A stretch of DNA of 64,000 nucleotides, taken from contig VGJW01000015.1 of NCBI GenBank assembly GCA_016867265.1, forward strand, positions 1,056 through 65,055, read 5' to 3'. The notes under the pieces are model-generated. The model saw nothing but the letters and a program-made list of their open reading frames with translations, was not told the origin of the DNA and did not search any database. This document shows, in pieces, positions 56,830-64,000 of the stretch (position 1 is the stretch's first letter; each line of letters begins with the position of its first letter). A program made the translations under genes and the position numbers. The DNA comes from Candidatus Tanganyikabacteria bacterium. Lineage in GTDB: Bacteria; Cyanobacteriota; Sericytochromatia; S15B-MN24; VGJW01.

Positions 56830-57627
56830 ATGGCCGTAAGCCCGGCTCCTGAGCTTTGGTCGCGGTTCATCCGGACGGGTGACAGCAAGGATCGGGAGCA
56901 GCTCATCATCCACTACATGCCGCTTGTCCGGTATGTGGTAGGGCGCCTTGCCCTGACGTTGCCGGCGACGTTGGATCCCGAGGATCTCTGCGGCTACGGG
57001 CTCATCGGCCTGATTCAGGCGGTCGAGAAGTTCCAGCTCGACCGCGGCGTCAAGTTCGAGACCTATGCGGCGACCCGTATCCGTGGCGCCATCCTCGACG
57101 AGCTGCGCAGTCAGGATTGGGTCCCGCGTTCGGTCCGCAGCCGGGGGCGGGAGATATCCGAAGCGATGGTCCAGCTGGAGGGCAGCCTGGGTCGACCCGC
57201 CACCGACGAGGAGCTGGCGAACAGGCTCGGCATGACCGTGACCGAGCTGGGCCACGCGATGGCGCGCGAAACCAGCCCATTCCTGTCCCTCGACGAGATG
57301 ATCCAGGGCAGCGAAGACGGCCAGACCATGACTTGGCTCGACACCATGGCCGACGACCGCCCCGGACCGGCCCATGTCCTCGAGGAAGATGAATTCCGGC
57401 AGGAGCTTGCGGATGCCATCGACCGCCTCCCTGAGCGCGAGCGGCAGACGCTTGCGCTCTACTACAAGGAAGGGCTGACCCTGAAGGAGATCGGGCAGGT
57501 CCTTGGCGTCACCGAGTCCCGGGTTTGCCAGATCCACACCCAGGCCGCGATGCGCCTTCGTGGGCATATCAACCGCTACCTGGGCATCTCGACCGATGGC
57601 GCGGCCCCCCGCAGGAGCCGCAAGTGA
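56830..57627 (+). CDS. fliA: Sigma28 (FliA/WhiG) RNA polymerase sigma factor
   Basis: KFETYA..RIRGAILDELR..DWVPRS; LTLKEIG.VLGVTESRVCQIH. Confidence 0.96.
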   Translation: MAVSPAPELWSRFIRTGDSKDREQLIIHYMPLVRYVVGRLALTLPATLDPEDLCGYGLIGLIQAVEKFQLDRGVKFETYAATRIRGAILDELRSQDWVPRSVRSRGREISEAMVQLEGSLGRPATDEELANRLGMTVTELGHAMARETSPFLSLDEMIQGSEDGQTMTWLDTMADDRPGPAHVLEEDEFRQELADAIDRLPERERQTLALYYKEGLTLKEIGQVLGVTESRVCQIHTQAAMRLRGHINRYLGISTDGAAPRRSRK

Positions 57628-58106
57628 ACGCCACGGGCAACACGAACCGGCCACGGTCCGTCGATGGCAAGCTGCAACTCGTCACATTCAAGCTGGGTGA
57701 AGAGGTCTATGGCCTGCCCATCGGCCATGTGCGCGAAATCATCACCTCGCGCAAGCCGACACGCCTGCCGGGATCCGCGCCTCATGTGTCCGGACTCATC
57801 AATCTCCGCGGCGAGGTGATCCCCGTCTTCCAATTGCGGGTCTGGTTCGGCCTCAAGGACGAGGCCCCCGCGGCATCGGCCACCATCATCACCGAATGGA
57901 AAGACGAGCGTTTCGGCTTCCAAGTCGATTCCGTGCAACAGGTCGCTTGGCTCGACCGGAGCCAGATCGACCCGCCCACCGCGCAATTCCAGCAGCATGC
58001 CCCCCATATCTCGGGATTGGGGAAGCACGAGGGACGCCTGATCATCTTGCTGGATCTCGATGCACTCTTCCGGGACAGCGATGAGGATGCCCACGGCCGT
58101 GCCTGA
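57624..58106 (+). CDS. cheW: Chemotaxis protein CheW
   Basis: LVTFKLGEEVYG, GLINLRGEVIPV, LIILLD. Confidence 0.94.
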   Translation: MNATGNTNRPRSVDGKLQLVTFKLGEEVYGLPIGHVREIITSRKPTRLPGSAPHVSGLINLRGEVIPVFQLRVWFGLKDEAPAASATIITEWKDERFGFQVDSVQQVAWLDRSQIDPPTAQFQQHAPHISGLGKHEGRLIILLDLDALFRDSDEDAHGRA

Positions 58107-59361
58107 CGCCTGGGTGCGTCTTGGCCATGTCGAGATCCCTGTGCCGCCCCCCGAGGCGTTGGCGCAGGGCCTTGAAGCGTTGCTGCCGGTCTCCGAGGCG
58201 GGTGCAACATGCCTGCACGCTGCCGTGATCGGAGTCGCGGGCGGTCGCTGGCAAGTCGAGACCTTCGAGGCCGGGCCCGACCTGACATTGCCGCCCCTGC
58301 CCCGGAACGGCGGGCCTGCCGCAGCAGGGCAGGCCTGGACCGTGACGTTCCTCGCCCCGACGGGATTGGGCCTTGCGACCGGCGGCTTCGCCGGAGATGC
58401 CAATCCGGCCGTCAGCCTGCTTGCCGCCACGGCCGATCGCTGCGTCACCCATCCCAATGCGATCAATGCCGCTGCGCTCAACTGGGCGCGACCGGGTGTG
58501 GCCTACGTCGAGGGTGGCTTGCTGGACGGATGGCTGGCCGGACGGTGGGACCTCCTGCCGCAACGCGCCCATACGCTGGGCCTCCTGATCGATGGAGGCC
58601 TTCCCCGCCGGGCGCAGGATGCCCTCGATAACGCGATCGCGGCCTTTCGCACGGTGGGGGGCGGGCGGGTGATCCGCGAGGAGATGGCCGTTCCCCTGCG
58701 CATGACGCTCACACGGGACGGACGCGGACGCAGCGCAGGCACCATTGCCGACGCCTCGGCCCTGCTCGAGGCCGGCCACCGTTTGATGGCCCGGGGCGCG
58801 ACGGCCATGGCCATCGTCAGCGACATGACGCACCTGGCCTTGCATGACGAAGCCTATGCCTCGGGACAGGGGCCCGATCCCATCGGCGGACTCGAAGCCA
58901 TGCTCTCCCGCGTCCTCGGACGGGCGCTCGGAATGCCGGTGGCCCATGCCCCTTGGCTGCCGGTGTCCTGCGACCCGGTCGATCCACGCGGAGCCGCCGA
59001 GGAACTGGGGCTGGACTACCTGCTGTGCGTGCTTCGGGGCCTGCAGCGCGCGCCCGTGCCCGTGGCGCCCGGCACCCGGGGCGCCTGGCCGGCCGAGGGG
59101 ATTGTCGTCGTGCCGAGGACCGCGGCAGGAGGCAGCGGCACGCTTGCCGCCGCGGGACGCGGGCTGGCCCTGGTCGCCGTGGACAATCCGGGCGTCCTCG
59201 ACATCACGCCGGCCGCGCTCGGCATCGAGGCGTGGCACGCGCGCTCGTGGGCCGAGGCTGCAGGCCTGAGCCTCGCCCTGCGCGAGGGCCTCGCTCCCGA
59301 GACCCTGGAACGTCCCCTTGCACGAAACCTTGCGCGACCTGCCGGGGTCATGATCGGGTGA
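58087..59361 (+). CDS. DUF3326 family protein with N-terminal extension
   Basis: PTGLG..TGGFAGDA, THPNAINAA, YVEG..LD, DPIGGLEA, PVAHAP, AAEELG. Confidence 0.85.
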   Translation: MPTAVPDAWVRLGHVEIPVPPPEALAQGLEALLPVSEAGATCLHAAVIGVAGGRWQVETFEAGPDLTLPPLPRNGGPAAAGQAWTVTFLAPTGLGLATGGFAGDANPAVSLLAATADRCVTHPNAINAAALNWARPGVAYVEGGLLDGWLAGRWDLLPQRAHTLGLLIDGGLPRRAQDALDNAIAAFRTVGGGRVIREEMAVPLRMTLTRDGRGRSAGTIADASALLEAGHRLMARGATAMAIVSDMTHLALHDEAYASGQGPDPIGGLEAMLSRVLGRALGMPVAHAPWLPVSCDPVDPRGAAEELGLDYLLCVLRGLQRAPVPVAPGTRGAWPAEGIVVVPRTAAGGSGTLAAAGRGLALVAVDNPGVLDITPAALGIEAWHARSWAEAAGLSLALREGLAPETLERPLARNLARPAGVMIG

Positions 59362-59941
59362 ACCTCACGCAACAGGCCCGACCGGGTGCCGGCCCCAGCC
59401 GGACAGCCCTCGTTCGGGCGGCACAGCGCGGGGATGAGCGGGCGTTCCGCGCGCTTGTCGCCGATATCCAGCAACGACTGTGGCAAGTTGCGCGCCGTCT
59501 GGCCGGGGACGACGACAGGGCAGCCGACCTCGTGCAGGAGAGCCTGATGCGTGCCTTCCGGGCCCTGCCTCGGCTCCGGGACCCCGAACGCTTCATGTCG
59601 TGGCTGTTGCGCATCCTGAATCACGTTGCGACCGATACGCTCGGGGCGCGCCAGCCGGAATCCCTCGAGGACCTCGCCGAAGCCGGCATCGAGCCCATGG
59701 CCTCGGAGCTCGAGGGACCCGAGGCGCGGGCCGAAGCCGCAGGCACCGCCGAAGCGATCGATCGCGCACTGGCCGCCATGCCGATGATCTATCGCCAGCC
59801 CTTGGTCCTGCGGCACGTCCTCGACCTGACTTACGACGATCTGGCGCAGATCCTCGACCTGCCGCTGGGCACGGTCAAGACCCGCCTGTTCCGGGGCCGG
59901 GAGATGCTGCGCGAACACCTGCTGCGGGAGGGGATCCGGCC

Positions 59942-59945
<4 letters not shown>
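59358..59945 (+). CDS. ECF sigma-70 factor
   Basis: AADLVQE, FMSWLLRI, LTYDDLAQILDLPLGTVKTRLFRGR. Confidence 0.93.
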
Positions 59946-62494
<2,549 letters not shown>

Positions 62495-62630
62495 TCAAGG
62501 CGTACACAAGGCGTTAACTGTTTTTGAAATGACCGTCAAGATTCCACAGGGACGCCCCCACCGGACCTTAACCGCGGTATGAACTTCTTGGTGGAGGCTT
62601 CACCCCACGTTTTCGGAGGCTCTGGTCCAG

Positions 62631-63869
62631 ATGTTCCGTCGTTCCCTTCTCGCGCTTGCCGCCGTGCTCGTTGCCGGCTGCGGTGGCCAGCCCGGCGCGA
62701 GCATCGCCCCGCTCGGCCGGTCCACCATGTCGACGGCGGACGTGGTGCAGGCCAAGGCCGTGCAATCGATCCTGCAGCCAGCCATGGGTCAGCCCGTCAC
62801 GTGGAACAACAGCCTGTCGGTGCATCCCGACCGCGAGGCGTTCCCCGTCCTGATCGACCTGCTGCGCGGCGCCCGCAAGACCCTGTGGATGGAAACCTTC
62901 GAGTTTGCCGACAACGACAAGGCCCGCCAACTCACCGACCTGCTGATCGCCAAGAAGAAGGAAGGTGTCGACGTCCGCGTGATCATGGACAACATCGGCG
63001 CCAAGTCGATCGGGACCGCCACGGCCAAGGTCCTGCGCAACAACGGCGTGCCGACCATCGTGTACGGCCCGTTCCCGTTCGTCCGCAAGACCGGCCACGG
63101 CCTCAACATCACGCACCGCAAGCTGTACCTCGTCGATGGCGACCAGGGCATGACCGGCGGCATGAACCTGGGTGACGAGTACTTCGATCACGCCCACGAC
63201 ATGCTCTGGAAGGTCCGGGGCCAGGCCGCTCACCAGCTCCACCAGGAGTTCAGCACGGACTGGGCCTTGGGCAAGGGTGGCCGGCTCGAGGTGCCCGCCG
63301 CGCCAACCGGCGCCTACGGCAACGAGCCCATCGGCATGTGCGTCACGAGCCCGCGCCAGACGGGTCGCGAGGAAGAGATCCGCGGCGTCCTGCTTCGGGC
63401 CCTCGACAGCGCCAAGAGCCGCATCGACATGGCCTATCCGTTCTTCTCGGACGACCGGGTCGTCGACCGCCTGATCAAGGCCGCCAAGCGCGGCGTCGAC
63501 GTCCGGGTCATCCTGACGAAGGAATCCCACTCGGCCATCGAGAAGTTGGCCATCTGGTCCGCGAAGCAGGCGATGCCCAAGGGTGTGAAGTTCCACTGGT
63601 GGAACACCGGCTATGCCCACATCAAGTACACGGCGGTGGATGGGGCCTTCCTGCTGGTCGGTTCGTCGAACGCCGACACGCTGACCTTCGAGAACAACCA
63701 GGAGCTCGACTTGATTCTGACGAACCCGCAGACGGTAGCCGACTTCCGGGGCAAGGTCTGCGACCCGGACTGGGCGTCGACGCCGGCCGTCACCGAGGCC
63801 GAGATCAACGTGCCTTGGACGCAGAAGCCCTGGATCGCCCTTCTCGAGCTCATCGATCGCTACATCTGA
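62631..63869 (+). CDS. Phospholipase D / cardiolipin synthase-like lipoprotein
   Basis: VAG-C lipobox; THRKLYLVD..GGMN and AHIKYTAVD..GSSN. Confidence 0.9.
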   Translation: MFRRSLLALAAVLVAGCGGQPGASIAPLGRSTMSTADVVQAKAVQSILQPAMGQPVTWNNSLSVHPDREAFPVLIDLLRGARKTLWMETFEFADNDKARQLTDLLIAKKKEGVDVRVIMDNIGAKSIGTATAKVLRNNGVPTIVYGPFPFVRKTGHGLNITHRKLYLVDGDQGMTGGMNLGDEYFDHAHDMLWKVRGQAAHQLHQEFSTDWALGKGGRLEVPAAPTGAYGNEPIGMCVTSPRQTGREEEIRGVLLRALDSAKSRIDMAYPFFSDDRVVDRLIKAAKRGVDVRVILTKESHSAIEKLAIWSAKQAMPKGVKFHWWNTGYAHIKYTAVDGAFLLVGSSNADTLTFENNQELDLILTNPQTVADFRGKVCDPDWASTPAVTEAEINVPWTQKPWIALLELIDRYI

Positions 63870-63884
63870 AGCGACCTGGCGCGT

Positions 63885-63926
63885 GCGCCTCCCGAGGCCC
63901 CCAAGGGCCCCGGGAGGCGCTTTGTT
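63885..63926 (+). terminator. Intrinsic terminator
   Basis: GCGCCTCCCGaGGCCC-ccaa-GGGCCcCGGGAGGCGC followed by TTTGTT. Confidence 0.8.
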
Positions 63927-64000
63927 CAGATTCTGTTAAAAGTTGTACGAAAGAATGGACCTTCATCTGGGCATAAACCATACTTGAGACCATCTTGAGG

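Overview
High-GC bacterial chromosome window with no prophage, IS element or CRISPR array. The left 29 kb is a mix of housekeeping and accessory genes: a class I fumarase 3' end, a HExxH protein and two peptidoglycan-hydrolase-like proteins lacking signal peptides, a five-gene translationally coupled operon (methyltransferase-folB-SDR-PLD-CYTH), rocD, two divergent paralogous lipoproteins facing an XRE-HTH/TPR regulator, YceI, CpcT/CpeT, a PLD nuclease, tRNA-Gln, rseP-hemL-MacAB/TolC-type exporter-panC-cmk. From 29.2 to 58.1 kb runs a Bacillus/Clostridium-style fla/che operon (flgB to flhA with FliY, TIGR02530 and FlbD, then cheR-cheA-cheC-cheD-fliA-cheW). It is followed by DUF3326, an ECF sigma/anti-sigma pair, ligA and a PLD lipoprotein. 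TolC plus cyanobacterial-type markers (DUF3326, CpcT, panC abutting cmk) plus flagella suggests a non-photosynthetic cyanobacterial relative such as Sericytochromatia (inference only). The best leads are the folB-linked PLD/CYTH operon, the XRE-TPR/paralogous lipoprotein module, the in-frame unfused panC-cmk junction, an 843-aa hook with tandem repeats and a structured flgE leader, and a probable CTG start for motA. All calls are from motif recognition by eye; no database searches were run.
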